DNA of 43,212 nucleotides from a virus (IMGVR_UViG_3300023205_000043:1-43212); one strand, 5' to 3'; positions 8,837 through 16,497 are shown, counted from the first letter of the stretch. Program-made: numbers and translations. Notes: generated from the sequence alone by a model not told the origin.

Positions 8837-10004
8837 CCAAAATAAGGCCATTTCTAAACTACAACAGATTAAGGTTGGTGCCCTATTCATGGAGCCAGGA
8901 ACAGGAAAGACACTAACGGCTATCAAATTAATTGAATCAACACAATGTGATTATGTGTTATTCCTTGTTCCGTTCCAGACAAAAATTAATTTGCAAAAAG
9001 AATTTAATAAATGGAAGTTTGAAATGAATTATGAAATTCAAGGAATAGAAAGCTTATCCAGCTCAGACAGATTATATATGAACCTAACTAATAAAATACA
9101 AAAACATAAATCAGTATTCTTAATTGTTGATGAGTCATTAAAGATAAAAAATAGCAGTGCAATTAGAACTAAACGTATATTAAATTTAAGCCGGAACTGT
9201 GAGTTTAAATTAATCTTGAATGGAACCCCACTATCTAAAAATATGGTCGACTTGTGGCCACAAATGGAATTTCTTTCTCCTAAAATATTAAACATGTCAG
9301 AGGTCCAATTTAAGAATACATTTTGCCATTACATCAAATATCGTGAAACTAATCAATATGGTAAAAAAGGCAAATGGCAAGAATTCATAAAAGGATATGA
9401 TAACGTTGATTACCTGTATTCTCTTATTGATCCGTATGTATTTGATGCTGACTTAAAGATTAATAAGACCAAACAATATTCAACTATATTTTATGATATT
9501 AACGCTAACATTGACCGATATAACGAGTTAAAGCAGAGCTTTATTAATAGCTTCAGTGATGACCCAGATAGTTTCTTAAAGTACACTACATTAATGCAAC
9601 AGGCCTATTGTGATGAACCATCTAAACTAGAGGCTATTAAATCATTAGTTGATGATAAGACTTTAATATTTGTTAAATTCCTACGTTCTAAAGATGCTAT
9701 TTACAGTGTTTATCATAATGCCAAAGTATTCACCTATGGTAAAGGCTCGTTAGGACTTAATTTACAGCAATACAATAAGATAATATTTTTTGATAAAACA
9801 TTTGATTATGCTCAAAGAGACCAGGCTGAACATAGGATATTTAGAATTGGCCAAGATGATAATGTTAATTATTATTCACTAACAGGCAACGTTAATTTAG
9901 AATCAACGATTGATAGGAACATTAAAAAGAAGACTAATTTACTAACCCATTTCAAAGAGTTAACTAAGACAGGAGTTGATATAGATTGGGAAAACATTAT
10001 TTAA
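8814..10004 (+). CDS. Minimal SNF2-family ATPase/helicase
   Basis: Motif I GTGKT, motif II DESLKIKN, motif III LNGTPLSKNMVDLWPQMEFL, motif V GSLGLNLQ, motif VI QAEHRIFRIGQ. Confidence 0.85.
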   Translation: MMTVLNDSQNKAISKLQQIKVGALFMEPGTGKTLTAIKLIESTQCDYVLFLVPFQTKINLQKEFNKWKFEMNYEIQGIESLSSSDRLYMNLTNKIQKHKSVFLIVDESLKIKNSSAIRTKRILNLSRNCEFKLILNGTPLSKNMVDLWPQMEFLSPKILNMSEVQFKNTFCHYIKYRETNQYGKKGKWQEFIKGYDNVDYLYSLIDPYVFDADLKINKTKQYSTIFYDINANIDRYNELKQSFINSFSDDPDSFLKYTTLMQQAYCDEPSKLEAIKSLVDDKTLIFVKFLRSKDAIYSVYHNAKVFTYGKGSLGLNLQQYNKIIFFDKTFDYAQRDQAEHRIFRIGQDDNVNYYSLTGNVNLESTIDRNIKKKTNLLTHFKELTKTGVDIDWENII

Positions 10005-11281
10005 ATATAAATGTATATGATGCTACAGAAAAACGGCTAGAATATCTATTCAACGAGTTTGAGCATATCCACGTTGCTTTCTCAGGTGGTAAGGATAGTG
10101 GAATACTACTTAATTTAGCTTATGATTATGCGGAAAAACACAATCAGCTTGATAAGCTATCAATGCACTTTGTAGATTACGAGGCACAATATCAAGCTAC
10201 TATTGATTATGTTGATAGTGTGTTTAAATCATTGGACATTGAAAAATACTGGCTCTGCATGCCTAATTCAGTTCCTACGGCTACATCTATGCGTGAATCT
10301 TTTTGGATTCCTTGGGATAAATCAAAGCAAGATATTTGGGTACGTGATATGCCTAAATATGACTATGTGGTTAATGTTGACAATGCACCATTTGATTATG
10401 AATTTGGTACAAATGATTATGAGTTCCAAGATGATTTTAACGAGTGGGTAGCAGACAAGAATGATGGTAAGACAGCTATACTAATTGGTATTCGTGCTGA
10501 TGAATCGCTAGACAGATACCGAGCCATTGCTTCCAATAATAAAATTAACAGCTACCAGGATAAAAATTACGTTACTAAGAAGAATGATTTTTATATGGCA
10601 TATCCTATCTATGATTGGACCGTTGACGATATTTGGACTGCTAATGCTAAATTAGGATTTGAGTACAATTCTATATACGACCTATACTTTTATGCCGGCA
10701 TTCCAATTAATAAAATGCGTGTCGCTAGTCCTTTCTTATCGCAAGGAATGGACACATTAAAGTACTACCAGGTGATTGAACCGAATACCTGGGCCAAGAT
10801 GTTAGGACGTGTCAATGGTGTTAATTTTGCATCAATCTATGGATCAACAACTGCCATGGGTTGGAATAAGATTAAGCTGCCAAAAGGAATGACTTGGAAG
10901 TCTTATGTAAAGTTCCTTTTAAAGACTTTGCCAGAACAAACTAGAAAAGATTACGAAAAGATATTCGCTACTTCTTTTGAGTTTTGGGCAAAGCGTGGCG
11001 GAGTTCTATCAAAAGAAACTATCCAGGAATTAAATGATGCTGGTATTCCATTTGAGGTAAAGGGACAAACTAATTACAAGACTGATAAGAGTGCCGTCAC
11101 ATTTGAAGACTACCCGGATGATGCACCAGTTAGGGAATTTAAGACAGTTCCATCATATAAACGTATGGCTATCACAATTATGAAAAACGACCACACAGCA
11201 AAATATATGGGGTTCAGCCGTACAAAAGAACAACAAGAAAGAAGGAAGAAAGCAATTGCCAAATACAAAGAAATTTTCTAA
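9986..11281 (+). CDS. PAPS-reductase-family PP-loop ATP pyrophosphatase, IbrA-like
   Basis: PP-loop HVAFSGGKDSGILLNL and IGIRADESLDRYRA. A long C-terminal extension as seen in IbrA-type proteins. TTG start overlapping the SNF2 stop. Confidence 0.8.
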   Translation: MGKHYLNINVYDATEKRLEYLFNEFEHIHVAFSGGKDSGILLNLAYDYAEKHNQLDKLSMHFVDYEAQYQATIDYVDSVFKSLDIEKYWLCMPNSVPTATSMRESFWIPWDKSKQDIWVRDMPKYDYVVNVDNAPFDYEFGTNDYEFQDDFNEWVADKNDGKTAILIGIRADESLDRYRAIASNNKINSYQDKNYVTKKNDFYMAYPIYDWTVDDIWTANAKLGFEYNSIYDLYFYAGIPINKMRVASPFLSQGMDTLKYYQVIEPNTWAKMLGRVNGVNFASIYGSTTAMGWNKIKLPKGMTWKSYVKFLLKTLPEQTRKDYEKIFATSFEFWAKRGGVLSKETIQELNDAGIPFEVKGQTNYKTDKSAVTFEDYPDDAPVREFKTVPSYKRMAITIMKNDHTAKYMGFSRTKEQQERRKKAIAKYKEIF

Positions 11282-12275
11282 ATACATAACATATCCGCAA
11301 GTAGCAAGTAAAAGATATTTAATTGATGTCGACGGGAATATTTTTGATGAAAAATTAAATAAAAATCCAAATATCAGGTCCGATAAGGACGGTTATAATA
11401 TCGTAAGTCTGTCAACTTTGAAGAAACGCTCTCAAAATTTCAAGGTACACAGACTGGTTGCATATGAATTTATAAAAAATGATGATAAAGAAAGTAAAAC
11501 ACAAGTAAATCATAAAGATGAGAATAAGCAAAATAACAATGTAACTAATTTAGAATGGTGTAGTCCTGCTTATAATATTAATTATGGAATGAGAACTAAG
11601 AGATCGGTAGACCATAGAGCTAAGAGAATCGCTCTGAAAAATGTAAATACTGGTGAAGTGGTGACGTTTGACAGTATTTCATCAGCATGCCGACTAATGC
11701 AACTAGACATGAGACATTTAGGAGAAACATTAAATGGAAAAAGAAAGACAATTAATGGATATAAGGCTTGGTATCTAGAAAGTCCAGCTTACAACGTAAT
11801 AACTGTTCCTATTGAAAAAATTCAGGCTAATACTTATAACCCTAACCACGTTGCACCGCCAGAAATGAAACTATTATATGAATCCATTAAAGATGACAAT
11901 TATACTATGCCGATTGTCTGCTACTACTTAAAAGACACAGATAAATATGAGATTGTTGACGGCTATCACAGGTATACAGTAATGCTTAATCATAAGGATA
12001 TTTATGATCGTGAACATGGGTGTTTGCCAGTTAGTGTAATAGATAAGCCTATTGAAGACAGAATAGCATCTACTATCCGCCATAACCGTGCAAGGGGAAC
12101 TCATGATGTTGACCTAATGAAGAACATCGTTAAGGAATTAACCGAGTCAGGAATGTCGGATAATTGGATAATGAAAAACATCGGTATGGATGCTGACGAG
12201 TTATTAAGATTGAAACAAATCAATGGATTGGCGTCATTGTTTAAAGATAAAAACTTTGGAAATAGTTGGGAGTAA
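11256..12275 (+). CDS. Fusion protein: HNH homing-endonuclease module (NUMOD4/HNH_3-like plus DNA-binding tail) joined in frame to a ParB/Srx-fold IbrB-like domain
   Basis: N-terminal half: YLIDVDGNIFDE, KVHRLVAYEF, VNHKDENKQNNNVTNLEW and INGYKAWY, which parallels the stand-alone HNH at 19808. C-terminal half: IVDGYHRYTV and STIRHNRARGTH. There is no stop and no plausible start between the two halves. Confidence 0.75.
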   Translation: MPNTKKFSKYITYPQVASKRYLIDVDGNIFDEKLNKNPNIRSDKDGYNIVSLSTLKKRSQNFKVHRLVAYEFIKNDDKESKTQVNHKDENKQNNNVTNLEWCSPAYNINYGMRTKRSVDHRAKRIALKNVNTGEVVTFDSISSACRLMQLDMRHLGETLNGKRKTINGYKAWYLESPAYNVITVPIEKIQANTYNPNHVAPPEMKLLYESIKDDNYTMPIVCYYLKDTDKYEIVDGYHRYTVMLNHKDIYDREHGCLPVSVIDKPIEDRIASTIRHNRARGTHDVDLMKNIVKELTESGMSDNWIMKNIGMDADELLRLKQINGLASLFKDKNFGNSWE

Positions 12276-12280
12276 TTAAA

Positions 12281-12457
12281 ATGGTATTAGAATCACAAAT
12301 TAGAGCTAACAAAAAATGGGATAGTAAAAATAGAGACCAGGTAAACTATTTAAAAGCACGATCTGCTGCAAAGAATTTCATTAAAAAGCGTGCCACAATT
12401 GATGATATAGCAGAGCTGAAGGAGCTTTTAAAAGAAAAAGAAAATAGTTTAAAATAA
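12281..12457 (+). CDS. Small basic protein (58 aa), last gene of the P1 operon
   Basis: ATG at 12281 with GGGAG 8 nt upstream (the track start at 12266 is TTG). Lys/Arg-rich and helical in character. Confidence 0.6.
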   Translation: MVLESQIRANKKWDSKNRDQVNYLKARSAAKNFIKKRATIDDIAELKELLKEKENSLK

Positions 12458-12458
12458 G

Positions 12459-12488
12459 GTTGCTTATATACTTCTTGAAGTATATAAT
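12459..12488 (+). promoter_or_regulatory. Promoter P2, second copy of the palindrome-bearing promoter
   Basis: TTGCTT (12460-12465), a 17-nt spacer, then TATAAT (12483-12488). Palindrome TATATACTTC-TT-GAAGTATATA (12465-12486). Confidence 0.75.
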
Positions 12489-12527
12489 GAACTTGTAATC
12501 AAGAAAGACAAAAAGGCGGATAAAACA

Positions 12528-12911
12528 ATGGACACAACTCAAAGAGAACTAGAAATTGAAGACTTAGCTAAATTAATGGCAAGTAATAAGCCTAATCAAG
12601 AAAAACATCCAGACTTTGTAATGAGTGACTGGATCAATACAGCTACTGAAATTTGGGAAAACAGACATGCTATCACAGTAAAAGCCAGAGTAAGTAACAA
12701 CGTTATTGGTGGACAAGGTGCTGAATCATTTTGGATTGAACTAAAAGGACAAGATAGAATTGATTATCAATCCAGCAAGGAATGTATCCTAACTGGAACT
12801 GTAGAAAATGAATTAGAAGTCATTGGTTATGGTACGACTGCAAAATTCAGTTTTGACGGTGTTAAAGTTCCAGAACTAACAGAAATTGTTAGGGGGTCTA
12901 TCATTGACTGA
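12528..12911 (+). CDS. Hypothetical protein (127 aa), P2 operon
   Basis: AAAAGGCGGA upstream of the ATG. No recognisable motif. Confidence 0.7.
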   Translation: MDTTQRELEIEDLAKLMASNKPNQEKHPDFVMSDWINTATEIWENRHAITVKARVSNNVIGGQGAESFWIELKGQDRIDYQSSKECILTGTVENELEVIGYGTTAKFSFDGVKVPELTEIVRGSIID

Positions 12912-13179
12912 TGATAAAGTACTACAAGCATATGATTGGTTTATAAATAATGATTTCAGAGATGATTCAAAAACCGATGCCTGGGCTAGTATCGTAAATG
13001 CTAATCAAGATAAATTTGAGATTGGTAAATCAGATAATGGTTACTTCAAAGTAGTTCATTATTCTGATATTGAAATACGATACGACAAAGGTGAGACTGA
13101 ACCAAAATTAGATGGTTATACTTATATCAAAAATTTCTACTTTGGAACTGATTACTGGATATTTAAGAAAAACAATTGA
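12904..13179 (+). CDS. Hypothetical protein (about 91 aa), P2 operon
   Basis: The TTG at 12904 has GGGGG 7 nt upstream and overlaps the preceding TGA. The track start at 12886 is also TTG. Confidence 0.6.
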   Translation: MTDDKVLQAYDWFINNDFRDDSKTDAWASIVNANQDKFEIGKSDNGYFKVVHYSDIEIRYDKGETEPKLDGYTYIKNFYFGTDYWIFKKNN

Positions 13180-13180
13180 T

Positions 13181-13209
13181 ACTCACAACTAATATTGTGG
13201 GTGTTTTTT
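13181..13209 (+). terminator. Rho-independent terminator of the P2 operon
   Basis: ACTCACAA / TTGTGGGT 8-bp stem, 6-nt loop, then a T6 run. Confidence 0.7.
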
Positions 13210-13214
13210 ATACT

Positions 13215-13245
13215 AAAAAATCGCTAGTCAATTAAGACTGGCGAT
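13215..13245 (-). terminator. Rho-independent terminator of the minus-strand orphan gene
   Basis: ATCGCTAGTC / GACTGGCGAT stem with an A6 run on the plus strand, which is a T6 run on the minus strand. Confidence 0.7.
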
Positions 13246-13249
13246 AACT

Positions 13250-13591
13250 TTAATCGGTTAATGATTCAGCAAGTTTATCTTCATCCATAATACTAGCTGG
13301 ATTAGCAGTTTTATAACTCAGATGCTTATTCTTTAATTTAGAATTATCAATGGGTGTTAAGTCAAATGTCATTCTGCTTGTATGACGATCATATGTTAGC
13401 TTATCTCCAATTGCATATTCATTAATAATTTGACCACGTAATAATACCAATGCAGTTCTTGTATCTCCAACCTTTGGGACTGTGATACGCCATGCGCCAT
13501 TGGCCTTCTCAGTCATGGCAGCCTCATTACCAAATGGAATGTCATTATCTCTATCGCTGAACTTTAAAATTAAATAATTCTTTTTACTCAT
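13250..13591 (-). CDS. Hypothetical protein (113 aa); stand-alone, oppositely oriented cassette with its own promoter and terminator (moron-like)
   Basis: GGAG upstream of the ATG, sigma-A-like promoter at 13636-13664, terminator at 13215-13245. No recognisable motif. Confidence 0.75.
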   Translation of the reverse strand: MSKKNYLILKFSDRDNDIPFGNEAAMTEKANGAWRITVPKVGDTRTALVLLRGQIINEYAIGDKLTYDRHTSRMTFDLTPIDNSKLKNKHLSYKTANPASIMDEDKLAESLTD

Positions 13592-13635
13592 GATTATGAT
13601 CTCCTCGATTTTATTTGTTTCTCTTTACAGTTATT

Positions 13636-13664
13636 AATATATATCTTTTCTGTGTGGGAGTCAA
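13636..13664 (-). promoter_or_regulatory. Promoter of the 13250-13591 gene
   Basis: On the minus strand: TTGACT (13659-13664), a 17-nt spacer, then TATATT (13636-13641). Confidence 0.6.
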
Positions 13665-13778
13665 TACTCTAAGGCAGAAACAATAAAGATAAAGAATGCA
13701 ATCACATACACATAGAGACTCATGCCGCACCATTAGATCTACGTTTAGCATAGTATATTACACATTTAATCCAAAAAA

Positions 13779-13821
13779 ATATACTTAGTATATTTACTAT
13801 ATTAAGTATACTAAGTATATT
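13779..13821. repeat. AT-rich repeat cluster (TATACT-T/A-AGTATA palindromes) immediately downstream of the parA operon; candidate centromere/iteron site
   Basis: ATATACTTAGTATAT ... TTAAGTATACTAAGTATAT. Related boxes occur at 15001-15071. Confidence 0.6.
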
Positions 13822-14097
13822 TTATTTTCTGCTATCATATATATTTCTTTCAGTATCTGTCAGTGTATTTAAGTACGCGTCTACTGCCAATTCTACAACC
13901 TTATACATTGGTATGTCTTTTACATATGCTATGTTTCCAATGGTTTCCTTAACAGGTGGATCAAGCTGGACAGGGACTCTATCCTTCGCCTTAAATTTTT
14001 TATCGGTATATGATATTTCAACATCGTCATCAACCTTTATATCCTTGGCTTCAATTTGTTTTCTTTTAAGTTCCTTATTACTTGGTAATAATGCCAT
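13822..14097 (-). CDS. Small partition/centromere-binding protein candidate (RHH-like; RepC/ParG-type position)
   Basis: 91 aa, overlaps the parA stop. The C-terminal beta-strand plus two helices pattern (VQLDPPVKETIGNIAYV...VVELAVDAYLNTL) fits an RHH fold. The call is positional. Confidence 0.55.
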   Translation of the reverse strand: MALLPSNKELKRKQIEAKDIKVDDDVEISYTDKKFKAKDRVPVQLDPPVKETIGNIAYVKDIPMYKVVELAVDAYLNTLTDTERNIYDSRK

Positions 14098-14986
14098 TTA
14101 ATTTTATCTCTTTTCCTAATTTTAACGTCTTGTTATTTAGCATATCGAAATACTTAAATTCATATTTAAACCCTGTAAAGTCTCCGGTCTCTTCAAAATA
14201 TTTAATTCTTCCTTCAAGTTCACAAAAGAAATCACAAAATATAGACCATATTTTTCTATCATGATAATCTGATAAAGCAATTCCGGTTTCACCAAATGTT
14301 TCTAATCTATCGTGATATTTAAGAAGCGTCATAAATACATTTTCACGACCATATTCTTCAATGGTTTCTTCAGCGTTAAGCTTTTGCTTTTTCTTGCGAT
14401 TATTTAGAATTGCTAATAATATACCTGCAATTTGAAAGTGTGCGTCATCCGGAAAGTTTTCAAGGATTGGAGTTAAATATCCCTCAATCAAGGCTGACGT
14501 TCCGTCCATTGAGAAACGTTTTGCTTCTTGAACTGGAATGATATAGTCAGTAACCATCATTATTGAATCAACTGAATTATCACCTGAAGGAGCAACGTCA
14601 AAGAAAATATAATCATAGTCATTCTTAATTTCATCAACCATTCCTTTTAAAAATAAGTATCTTTCTTTTTTATTTTTAGAGTGATCTATTATCCATTCAT
14701 TCAAATCGTGGGTTCCAAGCGATCCGGCTATAAAATCTAAATTATCTGAAAGATGGATAATTGCATTTTTTAATGTACCGGATTCAACCGCCTTGGTAAA
14801 CGATTGTGGATATTTTGTTATTCCAAAAGTTCTACTTATATTCTGTGTTGAGTTTGCCTGTAAATCGACATCAATTAATAATATTCTTTTGTTAAATATT
14901 TGGCTTGAAACAATCGCCATCATATCGGTGTCTGTGGTTTTACCAACTCCACCCTTTAAATTGGTGAGAACAACTACCTTGCCCAT
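14078..14986 (-). CDS. parA: ParA/Soj-family partition ATPase (RepB-like in pAD1 nomenclature)
   Basis: Deviant Walker A LKGGVGKTT at the N-terminus, DVDLQANS, and FFDVAPS (Walker B-like). 302 aa. Confidence 0.9.
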   Translation of the reverse strand: MGKVVVLTNLKGGVGKTTDTDMMAIVSSQIFNKRILLIDVDLQANSTQNISRTFGITKYPQSFTKAVESGTLKNAIIHLSDNLDFIAGSLGTHDLNEWIIDHSKNKKERYLFLKGMVDEIKNDYDYIFFDVAPSGDNSVDSIMMVTDYIIPVQEAKRFSMDGTSALIEGYLTPILENFPDDAHFQIAGILLAILNNRKKKQKLNAEETIEEYGRENVFMTLLKYHDRLETFGETGIALSDYHDRKIWSIFCDFFCELEGRIKYFEETGDFTGFKYEFKYFDMLNNKTLKLGKEIKLNGIITK

Positions 14987-15000
14987 AATTTTCTCCTTAA

Positions 15001-15071
15001 AATATACTTAATATATTCACTATACTAAGTATATTCACTATATTTAATATATTAAGTATACTAAATATAGT
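15001..15071. repeat. AT-rich repeat cluster upstream of parA (between parA and repA); candidate centromere/iteron and parA promoter region
   Basis: Two 18-bp-spaced copies of ATATTCACTATA (15013, 15031), plus the boxes ACTAAGTATA, TTAAGTATAC and ATATACTTAATATAT. Confidence 0.6.
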
Positions 15072-15104
15072 GCTACTTGTCAAAAATATATTTGATACAT
15101 AGTG

Positions 15105-15133
15105 TTGACAGTCAGAATTCACTAAGCTATATT
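15105..15133 (+). promoter_or_regulatory. repA promoter
   Basis: TTGACA (15105-15110), a 17-nt spacer, then TATATT (15128-15133). It is followed by a leader of about 250 nt. Confidence 0.65.
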
Positions 15134-15142
15134 ATAAGTAAC

Positions 15143-15267
15143 AAAAAAGCCCACCCGTTAAACGAGTGAGCCAAAGAAAAAAAGCGTTGAGACAATAGTT
15201 ACTACCAATAACTAAAGTTTCAGCAAGTGAATAGAGCAAGTATTCACCGCTTTTAACGCTACCTTTA
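15143..15267 (-). ncRNA. Predicted countertranscript (antisense RNA) against the repA leader
   Basis: Minus-strand promoter TTGATT-16-TATAAT (15274-15301). A minus-strand-specific terminator at 15143-15170 (CUCACUCG/CGGGUGGG including two G-U pairs, then U6); on the plus strand those positions are A-C mismatches. Confidence 0.35.
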
Positions 15268-15384
15268 ACTTGTATTATACTATGAAGGTAGGAAAAATCA
15301 ATTATGTGATTGATTTCGTTAAGTCGGTGAAAGTGTTACGAATTCATCGGCTTTTTTTCTTCTTAAAAATAAGGAGAGTCAATC

Positions 15385-16338
15385 ATGACAAAAAACAAAG
15401 AATTGAAATTACAAATGGAAAAAGCAAAATTAGCTTTCATCCAACCAAAAAACTATATCGCACTATTTGATTTAGGAGATAAGTCTTTAAATGGTAATCC
15501 TACTATTTTGTTTTCAGCAATTTACAATCGTCTTGGATCAAGTGTTCAAAATGGATCAGATTACTTCGATAAAAAAATGGGTGAGTTTTACGTAATTTAT
15601 GAATATAGCGAATTAGCTGAATTAATCAATGCTTCTACAAAGACAGTCTCAAGAATGATGGATAAATTAGTTGCTGCTGGTTTAATTTTTAAGAAGAAGT
15701 GTTTTAACGGAGTTTACAGATTATTTCCCTCACTTCCAGATTCAGCAAAAGAAAAATTTCTTGGTTTAAATGAAGAAACTCCTGATACACCGGAAGTAAC
15801 ACCCGAAAACACTGATACAACACCAACGGACAAAAAGTCTCCTACGAAGTGGACAGATTTTCGCTTTAATTACTTGAACTTGAACTACTTAATCTCTTTT
15901 ACTAATAAGGCTATTAATACGCCCGAGCCAATTAATTTCGATACTCAATCAATTGACGGATATGCAGACACTCTAATTAACAACGTTTCCGTTCCAGAAG
16001 ATGCCGTTAATACTGTTAAATCGTTATGTAGTAATAACTATGATCGTATGCACAACATCATGAGTCAAATGTTTAATGCTAAAAAAAGTGTTTACAATAA
16101 TGCTTCAAGACAAGGGCTAGATTATGCTCTTTGGGGTACAATGTTTGAAGAAAACAAGTTCATTCAAATAGGACTTAATGCGACTATGCAACGAGCAGTT
16201 AGAAAAGCTTACCGTGAAATTGAAGATCAGACTGGTAGAAATAAATTCATGTTTACTTGTTTCAAGAGCTTTTTTGAAGAATCATTGATTAATTATCATC
16301 AATTTGGTACACCCGAAAATAAACCACAGTATAACTAA
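15385..16338 (+). CDS. repA: Plasmid replication initiator, RepA_N family
   Basis: N-terminal pattern YIALFDL...LFSAIYNRL...YVIYEYSELAELINASTKTVSRMMDKLVAAGLI is typical of Firmicutes RepA_N initiators. AAGGAGAG RBS. Low-complexity TP-rich and repeat-containing centre. Confidence 0.8.
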   Translation: MTKNKELKLQMEKAKLAFIQPKNYIALFDLGDKSLNGNPTILFSAIYNRLGSSVQNGSDYFDKKMGEFYVIYEYSELAELINASTKTVSRMMDKLVAAGLIFKKKCFNGVYRLFPSLPDSAKEKFLGLNEETPDTPEVTPENTDTTPTDKKSPTKWTDFRFNYLNLNYLISFTNKAINTPEPINFDTQSIDGYADTLINNVSVPEDAVNTVKSLCSNNYDRMHNIMSQMFNAKKSVYNNASRQGLDYALWGTMFEENKFIQIGLNATMQRAVRKAYREIEDQTGRNKFMFTCFKSFFEESLINYHQFGTPENKPQYN

Positions 16339-16497
16339 TTTTCACAAGATTAATAAAAACTGAAATACCGAAATAATAACGTTTGTGAGTGCCTGTTTAC
16401 CTATACCAATTTCATTTCACAAAGTTAGTGTCTGAAAGCGTTGGTAAATAAGGGACTTCTTATACCATGTATTATGTAACCTTGGAGGGAAAATACT

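Noticed and set aside
11700-11800. Treating the HNH and ParB-fold halves of 11256-12275 as two separate genes
   Set aside because: There is no stop codon between the halves. The first in-frame Met of the ParB half lies inside its conserved N-terminal segment, and no SD precedes it. A sequencing indel could still create an artificial fusion, so this is flagged as a check in the findings.
13661-13723. 20-codon hydrophobic minus-strand ORF (MSLYVYVIAFFIFIVSALEY) between the par repeat cluster and the 13250-13591 promoter; considered as a second type I toxin
   Set aside because: It has only a weak GGTG upstream, no charged tail, no partner antisense repeat and no terminator, and its stop lies inside the next promoter's -35. 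Short hydrophobic ORFs arise easily in T-rich DNA.
15270-15470. 66-codon ORF overlapping the repA leader and repA start
   Set aside because: It has no SD, it overlaps the well-supported repA start (AAGGAGAG RBS at 15372-15379), and the region is better explained as a regulatory leader with an antisense RNA.
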